Assembly: GCA_043803685.1 (NCBI GenBank)
Contig: JAZDJU010000106.1
Span: forward strand, 1 to 45,171
Direction of reading: 5' to 3'
DNA: 45,171 bases
Origin: Candidatus Omnitrophota bacterium
Lineage (GTDB): Bacteria; Omnitrophota; Omnitrophia; Omnitrophales; Aquincolibacteriaceae
Part shown: positions 17,833 to 26,164 of the stretch, in pieces
How positions within the stretch are numbered: position 1 is the first letter of the stretch
Layout: every line of letters starts with the position of its first letter
Notes under the pieces: model-generated
Database searches by the model: none
Seen by the model: the letters and a program-made list of their open reading frames with translations, nothing else
What the model was told of the DNA's origin: nothing
Translations under genes and position numbers: made by a program

Positions 17833-18767
17833 AAATCCGATCGACCGGTAAGGCTTCTCAATTCCGCTCACCACGTTTCGCGGGTTTTTCCCTCAAAAAA
17901 CAAAAACTCCCCAAGACTTTTGGTATTTTGACCACTCCCGCCAAGGATATTTTTCATTCGAATTATCATCTCGGGCTTCTTTCCGGGATCCTGCCGCGGA
18001 TCAAGGCAGTGAAGGGCCGGCTCAAGATCATTATGATGCCCTCCAAACCTTACAAAAGTTTGGATTTAATACTTGAAAAGCATCAGTTGGATGGACTTAT
18101 GATCCTGACCTGGCGGTGGATCCATCCTTCGATCGCGCGTCTGATCGAGACCACGCGCCATGCCAAGGTGCTCGTCGTTAACGATCCCGTTCCAGGACTT
18201 CGAGTGAACGCTGTTTTCACGGACGCGGATGCCGGCATGCGCCAGGCCGTCCGGCATCTTGCCCAAAAGGGTTTTCGCAGGATCGGGATGCTGCACGGGC
18301 CGTGGGAAGTCCCTTTCAAGGTTGGGAAGAAAACGGTCGCGGTGCCGTTCATCGATACCCAGCTCAAGGTCAAAGGACTCATGCGAGCGCTCAAGTCCGA
18401 AAAGCTCGTCTGCGACAGGGACTGGTTTCGCTCCGGAAAGGCCAACAGCGAATCTGAAGGATATCGTGTGATGAACGATTGGCTGAAGGAAAGTGATCTT
18501 CCGGAGGCGATTCTGTGCGGGAACGATGATCTCGCCTTTGGCGCGCTCAAAGCTATGAAAAAGTCCGGCCGGAAACTCGCAGTAATCGGGTTTGATGACA
18601 ATGAACGCGCGAAGAATTTTTCGCCGCCTCTTACGACCGTTCGCCAGCCGCTTGCTCAAATGGGGAAGGATGCCGTCGATATCCTCGTCCGACAGGTCGC
18701 GCGTCCAGTTGAAAAACCCATTCTCCGAAAGTATCTTCCGAAGTTGATCGTTCGCAAAACCGCCTGA
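17829..18767 (+). CDS. LacI-type ligand-binding domain protein lacking the HTH
   Basis: AVRHLAQKGFRRIGML, PEAILCGNDDLAFGAL and VIGFDD...PPLTTVRQP motifs; N-terminus is a short basic stretch. Confidence 0.8.
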   Translation: MKIRSTGKASQFRSPRFAGFSLKKQKLPKTFGILTTPAKDIFHSNYHLGLLSGILPRIKAVKGRLKIIMMPSKPYKSLDLILEKHQLDGLMILTWRWIHPSIARLIETTRHAKVLVVNDPVPGLRVNAVFTDADAGMRQAVRHLAQKGFRRIGMLHGPWEVPFKVGKKTVAVPFIDTQLKVKGLMRALKSEKLVCDRDWFRSGKANSESEGYRVMNDWLKESDLPEAILCGNDDLAFGALKAMKKSGRKLAVIGFDDNERAKNFSPPLTTVRQPLAQMGKDAVDILVRQVARPVEKPILRKYLPKLIVRKTA

Positions 18768-18772
18768 AGACA

Positions 18773-18860
18773 GGATGGCGGATAGAGGAAGGAGGATGGC
18801 GACAAAAAGTGTTTTTCGTCGTCTGCTTTTCGCCATCCACCATCCGCCTTCCTCCATCCC
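18773..18860. repeat. Inverted heptamer arrays, GGATGGC-type x4 and CGCCATC-type x4
   Basis: GGATGGC GGATAGA GGAAGGA GGATGGC at 18773-18800; CGCCATC CACCATC CGCCTTC CTCCATC at 18831-18858. Confidence 0.8.
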
Positions 18861-18936
18861 AAACGTATTACTTCCCGCATCAATATTCGCCTTCGTTTTG
18901 CCGTAAATGCCATTAGGACTTTTCATAAGGAGAAAT

Positions 18937-19726
18937 ATGCTTATCACGGCCATCGCGGTTGTCATTGCACTCGGATACTTTTTTTATCCGTTCCGGCTCA
19001 CCTGGGTCCGGTCTCTCTTGCGGTACCTGGCCGGATTTTTCTGTTTTTGGATGGCGCTTTTTTTTCGCCGTGCCTTCTGTCGACGGCCTGTTCGTGCACC
19101 GCGCGGGGATCGTCCTCTTGGCGCTCGGAGGGGGACTGCTCTGCATGGACCTCGTGATCTCGTCGGTGTTGTGGATCGCCGAACGGTTGGGCAATACGTT
19201 CCGGAAAACCCCTCAACTTCCTCATTATCTTCTCGAAATATGGTCGGCCATGGAACGGATGGCTTCGCGCAAGGTAGGCGCCTTGATCATCCTCCAGCGC
19301 AAGCAACCGCTCCGTCCGCACATGAAGGGCGGGATGCCGTTCGATGCCGAGATCAAGTCTGAGATCCTTGTGCCGCTTTTCCTGACCTCCTCGCCGGTCC
19401 ATGACGGAGCGCTTGTGGTGAATAAAGGCCGCATGCAGACCGTGAAAGGGATACTGCCTCTCGCGGCGCTTTCCGATCTTTCGCCGAGCTTCGGCACACG
19501 CCACCGCGCGGCGATCGGGATCACGGAAAAAACAGACGCGATCGCGCTTGTGGTTTCCGAAGAACGCGGCCAGATCAGCATCGCCTATCGCGGTTGTCTG
19601 GTCCATATCGCCGAACGTGAGGAATATTCGAGGACTCTCTTGTGGGCGCTCAAGGGGAGGAACATCCTCCGTCTCAAGAACGCGAGTTTCATCGTCACGA
19701 CCAAAGTGTTGGATGATCTGACATGA
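18937..19726 (+). pseudogene. Membrane-anchored diadenylate cyclase (DisA_N/CdaA-like), frameshifted at T8 tract 19058-19065
   Basis: SD AGGAG then ATG 18937 gives hydrophobic MLITAIAVV...WMALFF. Removing one T joins it to AVPSVDGL...HDGALVV...GTRHRAAIG...VVSEERG, with DGA and RHR motifs intact. Confidence 0.8.
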
Positions 19727-19733
19727 GTCCTGT

Positions 19734-19792
19734 TCCACGTGCCACGTGCCAAGTGCCACGAGTTGCGTGATTCGTGGCTCGTGGGGCTTGGT
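19734..19792. repeat. Inverted heptamer arrays, GCCACGT-type x4 and TCGTGGC-type x4
   Basis: TCCACGT GCCACGT GCCAAGT GCCACGA, then GCGTGAT TCGTGGC TCGTGGG GCTTGGT. Confidence 0.85.
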
Positions 19793-19832
19793 GCGAATTT
19801 CAAAAAGAATTCAGTTCCTCTTGGGATAAGAA

Positions 19833-21311
19833 ATGAAAAAGTATATTCTAGCGATCGATCAGGGCACGACCGGTTCGCGGGCCATTCTTTATGACGCGGC
19901 GGGAAAGACCGTTGCAAGCGCCTACCGCGAGTTCAAACAGTATTTCCCGAAACCCGGCTGGGTGGAACATGAAGCGCAGGAGATTTGGCGATCCTGCGAG
20001 ACCGTGATTCGCGAGGTCGTCCGCAAAAGCGGGATCGCTCCCTCGGAAATCCTTGCCATAGGTATCACGAACCAACGTGAGACCACCGTGATGTGGGACC
20101 GCAAGACCTCAAGACCCGTGCATCGCACCATCGTCTGGCAGTGTCGCCGGACCTCGGACCTTTGCCGCGCGCACAAAAAGCACGAATCTCTGATCCACAG
20201 AAAAACAGGGCTTGTGCTCGACCCCTATTTCTCAGGGACCAAGATCCAGTGGCTTCTCGACCACGTTCCGGGGCTCCGGCGAAGAGCGGCCGCGGGAAAG
20301 ATCGCGTTCGGGACAGTCGATAGTTGGCTTATCTGGAAACTCACCGGCGGACGTTCGCACGTGACAGATCTCACGAACGCCTCGCGCACCCTGCTTCTCA
20401 ATATCAAAACAAAGAAATGGGATCCGATACTGCTGAGGATTTTTGGTGTTTCATCGAAGATACTTCCTAAGCTCCAGCTCTCTGGATCCATTTTCGGGAC
20501 GACGCAGAACGGTGCCGGGCTCCCGGCCGGTATCCCGATCGCGGGAGTGATGGGGGACCAGCAGGCCGCGCTTTACGGGCAGGGGTGCTACGAGGCCGGC
20601 ACCAGCAAGAACACCTACGGGACCGGTTGTTTTATCATGCTGAACACCGGCAAGAAATGCGTTTATTCCAAAGAGGGACTTCTTACGACATTGGCGAGCG
20701 ATTTCAGAGGTCGGCCCGTTTACGCGCTGGAGGGCGCGGTCTTTATCGGGGGCGCGGTCGTTCAATGGTTGCGGGACGGTCTCAAAGTCATTAAGCATTC
20801 CTCGGAAACGGAAAAGAGGGTTCGGGGGCTGAAAGATACTGGCGGGGTCTATGTGGTGCCGGCATTTGTCGGGCTCGGAGCGCCTTACTGGAAAAGCGAC
20901 GCCCGCGGTCTTGTTACGGGAATTACGCGCGGGACCACGATGCCGCATTTGATCCGCGCGAGTCTTGAGTCGATCGCGTATCAGAGCCGGGACGTTTTCG
21001 ATATCATGCAAAGAACTTTCGGCGGAAAGATCCATGAACTGAAAGTGGATGGCGGCGCCTGCAAGAACGACATGCTGATGCAATTTCAGGCTGACATTCT
21101 GGGCGCGAAGATCGCGCGTCCGAAGGTGATCGAGCTCACGGCCCGCGGGGTGGCGCATTTGGCGGGCGTTACGATGGGACTTTGGAAAAAGAGCCATGAT
21201 CTGAAGCGTCAGCACCAGGTCGACCGGATTTTTACTCCGCGCATGAGCGGGCGTGACCGTGCGCGGCTTTACCAGGGATGGCTCAAGGCTGTGAAACGAG
21301 CGATGCTTTAA
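19833..21311 (+). CDS. glpK: Glycerol kinase
   Basis: AIDQGTTGSRA, GITNQRETT, GDQQAALYGQ, KNTYGTGCF, YALEG and VDGG motifs. Confidence 0.97.
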   Translation: MKKYILAIDQGTTGSRAILYDAAGKTVASAYREFKQYFPKPGWVEHEAQEIWRSCETVIREVVRKSGIAPSEILAIGITNQRETTVMWDRKTSRPVHRTIVWQCRRTSDLCRAHKKHESLIHRKTGLVLDPYFSGTKIQWLLDHVPGLRRRAAAGKIAFGTVDSWLIWKLTGGRSHVTDLTNASRTLLLNIKTKKWDPILLRIFGVSSKILPKLQLSGSIFGTTQNGAGLPAGIPIAGVMGDQQAALYGQGCYEAGTSKNTYGTGCFIMLNTGKKCVYSKEGLLTTLASDFRGRPVYALEGAVFIGGAVVQWLRDGLKVIKHSSETEKRVRGLKDTGGVYVVPAFVGLGAPYWKSDARGLVTGITRGTTMPHLIRASLESIAYQSRDVFDIMQRTFGGKIHELKVDGGACKNDMLMQFQADILGAKIARPKVIELTARGVAHLAGVTMGLWKKSHDLKRQHQVDRIFTPRMSGRDRARLYQGWLKAVKRAML

Positions 21312-21322
21312 AAAAAAACGGG

Positions 21323-21366
21323 GCCACGCACCACGATCCATGCCCCACGTTTTCGTGGCTCGTGGC
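21323..21366. repeat. Inverted heptamer arrays of the same CCACG/CGTGG family
   Basis: GCCACGC ACCACGA TCCATGC CCCACGT, TT, TCGTGGC TCGTGGC. Confidence 0.8.
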
Positions 21367-21406
21367 GCGAATGCGGGTGTTAGATGAACATTAAGGTGAA
21401 AATGGT

Positions 21407-22897
21407 ATGAATCGAGATGTCGAACGATTTCAGAAAACCACCTACGACCTCCTCGTCATCGGCGGTGGGATCAACGGGGCCGCGATCGCGCATCTCGCGG
21501 CCCAGCGCGGAATGAAAGTGGCCCTTCTTGAAAAAGGCGATTTCGCGAGCGGCACCTCAAGTAAATCGACCAAACTCATTCACGGCGGCATTCGCTATCT
21601 CGAAAATCTTGAAGTGGATCTTGTCTACGAATCCCTCCATGAACGCCATATTCAGCTCATGGCCGCGCCTCATCTGGTGAAACCTCTGCCGTTCGTGATC
21701 CCGGTCTACGAAGGTGACAAACGTCCTCTTTGGATGATGCAGTTGGGAGTTTTTCTCTATGACATTCTGGCAGGTCGCTACCGGATAAAACCTCGCAAGA
21801 ATCTGACGCGCGAAGAAGTGATCCGGCTTGAGCCTGGCATTGAACAGAAAGGCCTCAAGGGCGGTGTGCTTTATTATGACGCGCAGATGGATGACGCGCG
21901 GCTTTGTCTTGAGAATGTCATGATGGCCGTTTATTACGGCGCGCATGTCGCCAACTATGTCAAAGTCACTTCCTTTATCAAGGAGAATGGTCGTGTTGCG
22001 GGTGTTCGAGCGAAGGACCTGCTGGGGGACAAGACGGTGGATGTCCGCGCGAAGCGGGTCATTTGCGCGGTGGGGCCGTGGACGAACGAGGTCGCGCGTT
22101 TGAATTCTTCGGACGTCCGAAAAATTGTCCGCACGACCAAAGGGGTCCATATCGTTTACAGGGGCGAGATCTCCAGGCACGCCGTTCTGATCGGCTCCCA
22201 GAGCGACCGGCGCATTTTCTTTGTGATCCCGTGGATGGGGAATTCCTTGATCGGGACCACGGACACGGATTACATCGCGAGCCCCGATGCCGTCAAGGTT
22301 GAGCAAGAGGACCTGGATTATCTCGCACGAGAATCCAGACGCGTTTTCCCGGGACTTGATTTCAATCCCGAAAACATCCTCGCGACGTTCGCGGGTCTTC
22401 GTCCGCTTATCCGTAAGGGCGGTTCTCCGCGCAAAGTTTCAAGAAAACATCTTTTTCATGTTTCCCAGTCCGGCGTCATTTTTGTGGTGGGAGGCAAGTA
22501 CACGACCTACCGGAAGGTGGCCGAAGATTGCATGAACCGCATTCACAAGGTCTACGAGAAAGAGGCATTCACGGTCTACGGTGGCGGCGCGATCACTGAA
22601 ACCGCGGAAGCCGCAGCCACGCGCTCCGGTCTCGAAAAAGAAGTGGTTCAATCGCTGATGGACCTTTACGGCTCTCGATATAAAGACGTCCTGAAGCTTG
22701 TCGAAAAAGACCCCGGTCTCAAAGTAAAAGTTTCGACCACGCCGCCCGTCATCAAAGCCCAGCTTGTTTATTCCGTGGAAACCGAAATGGCGAGGACTTT
22801 GGAGGATATCACCGAGCGCCGCCTTTCGCTCAGCTTCCGGGGGCCCGTATCCGCTGATACTCTCGCCGCGATCTCCAGCGCCCTCCCTAAAAAATAG
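21407..22897 (+). CDS. glpD: FAD-dependent glycerol-3-phosphate dehydrogenase
   Basis: VIGGGINGA, DFASGTSSKSTKLIHGGIRYLE, IGTTD, AGLRPL and GGKYTTYR motifs. Confidence 0.95.
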   Translation: MNRDVERFQKTTYDLLVIGGGINGAAIAHLAAQRGMKVALLEKGDFASGTSSKSTKLIHGGIRYLENLEVDLVYESLHERHIQLMAAPHLVKPLPFVIPVYEGDKRPLWMMQLGVFLYDILAGRYRIKPRKNLTREEVIRLEPGIEQKGLKGGVLYYDAQMDDARLCLENVMMAVYYGAHVANYVKVTSFIKENGRVAGVRAKDLLGDKTVDVRAKRVICAVGPWTNEVARLNSSDVRKIVRTTKGVHIVYRGEISRHAVLIGSQSDRRIFFVIPWMGNSLIGTTDTDYIASPDAVKVEQEDLDYLARESRRVFPGLDFNPENILATFAGLRPLIRKGGSPRKVSRKHLFHVSQSGVIFVVGGKYTTYRKVAEDCMNRIHKVYEKEAFTVYGGGAITETAEAAATRSGLEKEVVQSLMDLYGSRYKDVLKLVEKDPGLKVKVSTTPPVIKAQLVYSVETEMARTLEDITERRLSLSFRGPVSADTLAAISSALPKK

Positions 22898-22952
22898 CCG
22901 CGCACCTTCTCATTGAGTTTACGGGATTTTCTGGTAGGATACGCGTGCTTCT

Positions 22953-22996
22953 AAAGGGGGTCAGACCCCATTATAAAAAGGGGTCTGACCCCTTTT
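22953..22996. repeat. REP doublet (REPIN-like): two inverted GGGGTCWGACCCC palindromes
   Basis: AAAGGGGGTCAGACCCC (22953-22969) and GGGGTCTGACCCCTTTT (22980-22996); each unit is self-palindromic and the pair is inverted. Confidence 0.8.
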
Positions 22997-23016
22997 CCAT
23001 TCATAAGGAAATTGAA

Positions 23017-24642
23017 ATGATCTCAGCGAACGGTGTCACCTTACAATACGGAAAACGCGTGCTCTTCGAGAACGTGAACATCATGTTCACGCCGGGGAAC
23101 TGTTATGGTCTGATCGGGGCCAACGGTTCGGGGAAATCCACGTTCCTCAAGATCCTTGCGGGACTGATCGAATCCAACGCAGGTTCCGTGGCCGCCGGGA
23201 AAAATGAGCGGATCTCTTTCCTGAAACAAGACCAGTTCGCGTATGACGAATATCCAGTCCTTACGACCGTTATCATGGGCCACGAGCGGCTTTACAATAT
23301 TATCAAGGAGAAGGACGCGATCTACGCGAAGCCGGATTTTTCGGACGCGGACGGTATCCGGACCGCGGAGTTGGAACACGAGTTCGCGGATATGAGCGGC
23401 TGGGACGCGGAGCCCGAGGCCGCGAAACTCTTGAGTGATCTCGGGATCCCGGACGCCATGCATCAAACTCCCATGAAACAGTTAGAGGCGAGCGAGAAGG
23501 TCCGCGTGCTTTTGGCGCAGGCGCTTTTCGGGAACCCCGACGTCCTGCTTCTTGACGAACCGACGAACCACCTGGACGTCGAGACTTGCATGTGGCTCGA
23601 GGATTTTCTTTATGAATTCAAAAATACGGCGATCGTCGTATCGCATGACCGCCATTTCCTCGACCGGGTCTGCACGCATATCGCGGACATCGATTACGGT
23701 AAGATCCAGCTTTTCACCGGTAATTTTTCTTTCTGGTCCGAGTCTAGCCAGCTCGCGCTTCGTCAGAAGAACGAGGCGAACAAGGACACGGAAGCCCGGC
23801 GGAAGGAACTCCAGGCTTTCATCGCACGGTTCAGCGCGAACGCGTCCAAGGCGCGTCAGGCGACCTCGCGCAGGAAGCTCCTGGAAAAGTTGACGCTCGA
23901 AGATATTAAGCCTTCTTCCCGGAAGTATCCGTATGTCGCGTTCAAGTTCGAAAAGGATTCCGGGAACGATCTCTTGGAGATCGAAGGATTGGAGAAGTCG
24001 GTGGAAGGGGAGGTGATGTTCAAAGGACTGAACCTCCGGATCGACAAAGGCGACAAGATCGCGTTTCTTGGGCCTCTCGATCGCGTCAAGACCACGCTTT
24101 TCCAAGTCCTCATGGGTGAGCTAACGGCGGACAAGGGGAGTTTTAAGTGGGGAGCGTCCACAACTCGCGCTTATTATCCCAAAGAGAACGGCCAATACTT
24201 TGGGACCGATCTGAGTCTGGTCGATTGGCTGCGTCAGTTCTCAAAAGAAACGGACGAGAATTTTATCCGCGGTTTTCTGGGGCGCATGCTTTTCTCAGGG
24301 GAAGAGTCGCTGAAGAAAGCTTCGGTGCTTTCCGGAGGAGAACGGGTGCGTTGCATGCTTTCGCGCATGATGCTCGTCGGCGCGAATGTGCTGATCCTCG
24401 ATGAACCCACCAACCACCTGGACCTGGAATCCATCACCTCGCTCAATAAAGGCCTCGAGACTTTTAATGGGACCGTTCTTTTTTCCTCGCATGACCATCA
24501 ATTTGTCCAGACGGTGGCCAACCGCATCATTGAACTCACCCCGCGCGGCATGATCGACCGCCGGGACATTACGCTCGACGACTACCTCGCCGATCCCGAG
24601 CTCAAAGCTCAACGCGCCTCCCTCTACTCAAAGTCTGTTTAA
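23017..24642 (+). CDS. ABC-F family ATPase (YbiT/YkpA-like)
   Basis: Two NBDs (GANGSGKST, LLLDEPTNHLD, LSGGE, LILDEPTNHLD), inter-domain linker ARFSANASKARQATSR, no TM. Start ATG 23017 after AAGGA. Confidence 0.92.
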   Translation: MISANGVTLQYGKRVLFENVNIMFTPGNCYGLIGANGSGKSTFLKILAGLIESNAGSVAAGKNERISFLKQDQFAYDEYPVLTTVIMGHERLYNIIKEKDAIYAKPDFSDADGIRTAELEHEFADMSGWDAEPEAAKLLSDLGIPDAMHQTPMKQLEASEKVRVLLAQALFGNPDVLLLDEPTNHLDVETCMWLEDFLYEFKNTAIVVSHDRHFLDRVCTHIADIDYGKIQLFTGNFSFWSESSQLALRQKNEANKDTEARRKELQAFIARFSANASKARQATSRRKLLEKLTLEDIKPSSRKYPYVAFKFEKDSGNDLLEIEGLEKSVEGEVMFKGLNLRIDKGDKIAFLGPLDRVKTTLFQVLMGELTADKGSFKWGASTTRAYYPKENGQYFGTDLSLVDWLRQFSKETDENFIRGFLGRMLFSGEESLKKASVLSGGERVRCMLSRMMLVGANVLILDEPTNHLDLESITSLNKGLETFNGTVLFSSHDHQFVQTVANRIIELTPRGMIDRRDITLDDYLADPELKAQRASLYSKSV

Positions 24643-24833
24643 GTTGTAGTCCGGCGTTCGCGGATTATTGACAAACCCGTCAAAGAAATACCATCCAGAA
24701 AACGTGCCTGATGCCGTATTTAAAATGGGTGATCCGGTTAAGGGAGTATCCTTTTTTTCGCTCATTTGTGAAAATGCTGGGTTCCATAACTCTGCGCGAA
24801 GTCCTTGGCCAACAACATTGACGGAGGGTTTTT

Positions 24834-25229
24834 ATGAGCGTTTTAAAGAGAACTATCTTTTTTGTTTTGGCAGGGATCCTGGTGCTGGCGCAGGGACTTC
24901 AGGCGGAGGTGGGTAAGTACCGGCAAGAAGGTCTTTATGAGGAAGATAATCCCGCAACCAAACTGGGCCGTGGGATCACGAATGTCATCCTTTCGCCAGG
25001 GGAATACGTGGTTCAGACCGCAAAGTTCATGGGGACTAATGATCCTGTGACCGCCTACGGCGCGGGCTTCGCTATGGGGACTTGGAAAATGTTGGAACGT
25101 ATCGGGGGCGGTCTTTACGAGATCGTGACTTTCCCGTTCCCTTTTCCGAAAAAAAAATATCGTCCTCTGATGGATCCTCCGACCACAGCGGCCGCTTTGC
25201 AGGACAGCGAGATCTTGCAAACCAACTGA
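24834..25229 (+). CDS. Secreted/membrane protein resembling exosortase-system-associated TIGR04073 family
   Basis: Signal peptide, then NPATKLGRGITNVILSPGE...GLYEIVTFPFP; SD GGAGG. Confidence 0.7.
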   Translation: MSVLKRTIFFVLAGILVLAQGLQAEVGKYRQEGLYEEDNPATKLGRGITNVILSPGEYVVQTAKFMGTNDPVTAYGAGFAMGTWKMLERIGGGLYEIVTFPFPFPKKKYRPLMDPPTTAAALQDSEILQTN

Positions 25230-25402
25230 TCCGAGGACTGTTTCTCGGAGTTTTGTCTCATGAATGTGACCTCAATTTTTTTGTTGAAAGAGAGGCGAGG
25301 TGTATTATAAAATCCGCGCCGTTGTCATGGAGAGCGTCGGAGCGGCATAGCTTCAGTCAAAAAGTGACTTAATTTCTTAATCTATTTGACGATACAGCAC
25401 CT

Positions 25403-26164
25403 ATGATCGACGTCCAGAATCTAACGATGAAGTACGGCAGTTTTGTGGCCTTGGATGGTATCTCCTTCCAGATGCAGGAGGGGGAGATCCTGGGTCTTCT
25501 GGGCCCCAATGGCGCAGGCAAGACTACCGCCATGCGGATCTTAACGACCTACCTTTGTCCTTCCTCCGGAACGGCCAAGATCAGTGGCCTGGATATTCTC
25601 GAAGATCCCATCGAAGTCCGCAAACAGATCGGCTATTTGCCCGAAACGGCGCCGCTCTATTCGGATATGCAAGTGGATGATTACATCGCTTTTGTCGGGA
25701 ACGCCCGGAAGCTCAAGGGCAAATTGCTTGAGGACCGCATCCATTGGGTTAAGGACGTTTGCGGCATTAAGGAGGTCTGGAAGCATACGATCTCGGAGCT
25801 TTCCAAAGGATACCGGCAGCGGGTCGGGTTGGCGCAGGCTCTTATTCATGATCCCAAGGTTCTGATCCTGGATGAGCCCACTTCGGGACTGGATCCGCTC
25901 CAGATCATGGATATTCGCGATCTGATCAAGGGGTTGGCCCGGAAAAAGACGATTATCTTTTCCACACATATCCTCCAGGAGGTCGAAGCCATGGCCGACC
26001 GGATCGTTATCATTAATGAAGGGAAGATCGTGGCTCAGGGGACCCAGGCAGAATTGACGGAACAGGTCCGTAAACGGGGAGAATCCAAATCAGCAGAGAC
26101 TTTGGAAGATGTTTTTATCGCTTTCCTGAGATCCAAAAAAGGAGCAAAAAAGCTGGCGCTATGA
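25403..26164 (+). CDS. ABC transporter ATPase, GldA-like
   Basis: GPNGAGKTT, LSKGYRQRVGLAQALIHDP, LILDEPTSGLDP. Confidence 0.92.
   Translation: MIDVQNLTMKYGSFVALDGISFQMQEGEILGLLGPNGAGKTTAMRILTTYLCPSSGTAKISGLDILEDPIEVRKQIGYLPETAPLYSDMQVDDYIAFVGNARKLKGKLLEDRIHWVKDVCGIKEVWKHTISELSKGYRQRVGLAQALIHDPKVLILDEPTSGLDPLQIMDIRDLIKGLARKKTIIFSTHILQEVEAMADRIVIINEGKIVAQGTQAELTEQVRKRGESKSAETLEDVFIAFLRSKKGAKKLAL

Noticed and set aside
19066..19362. C-terminal part of track ORF 18907-19362 as a real protein
   Set aside because: Out-of-frame read-through after the T8 frameshift of the diadenylate cyclase gene.
18773..21366. Short repeats as a CRISPR array
   Set aside because: Units are 7-nt tandem inverted arrays without unique spacers, and there are no cas genes.
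22945..23016. N-terminal extension of the ABC-F ORF given in the track
   Set aside because: It translates the REP doublet; family homology and the SD point to ATG 23017.
24668..24694. TTGAC-N6-GTCAA palindrome or promoter upstream of the TIGR04073-like gene
   Set aside because: Spacing fits neither the FNR/CRP N4 pattern nor a 17-bp promoter spacer; too short to support alone.
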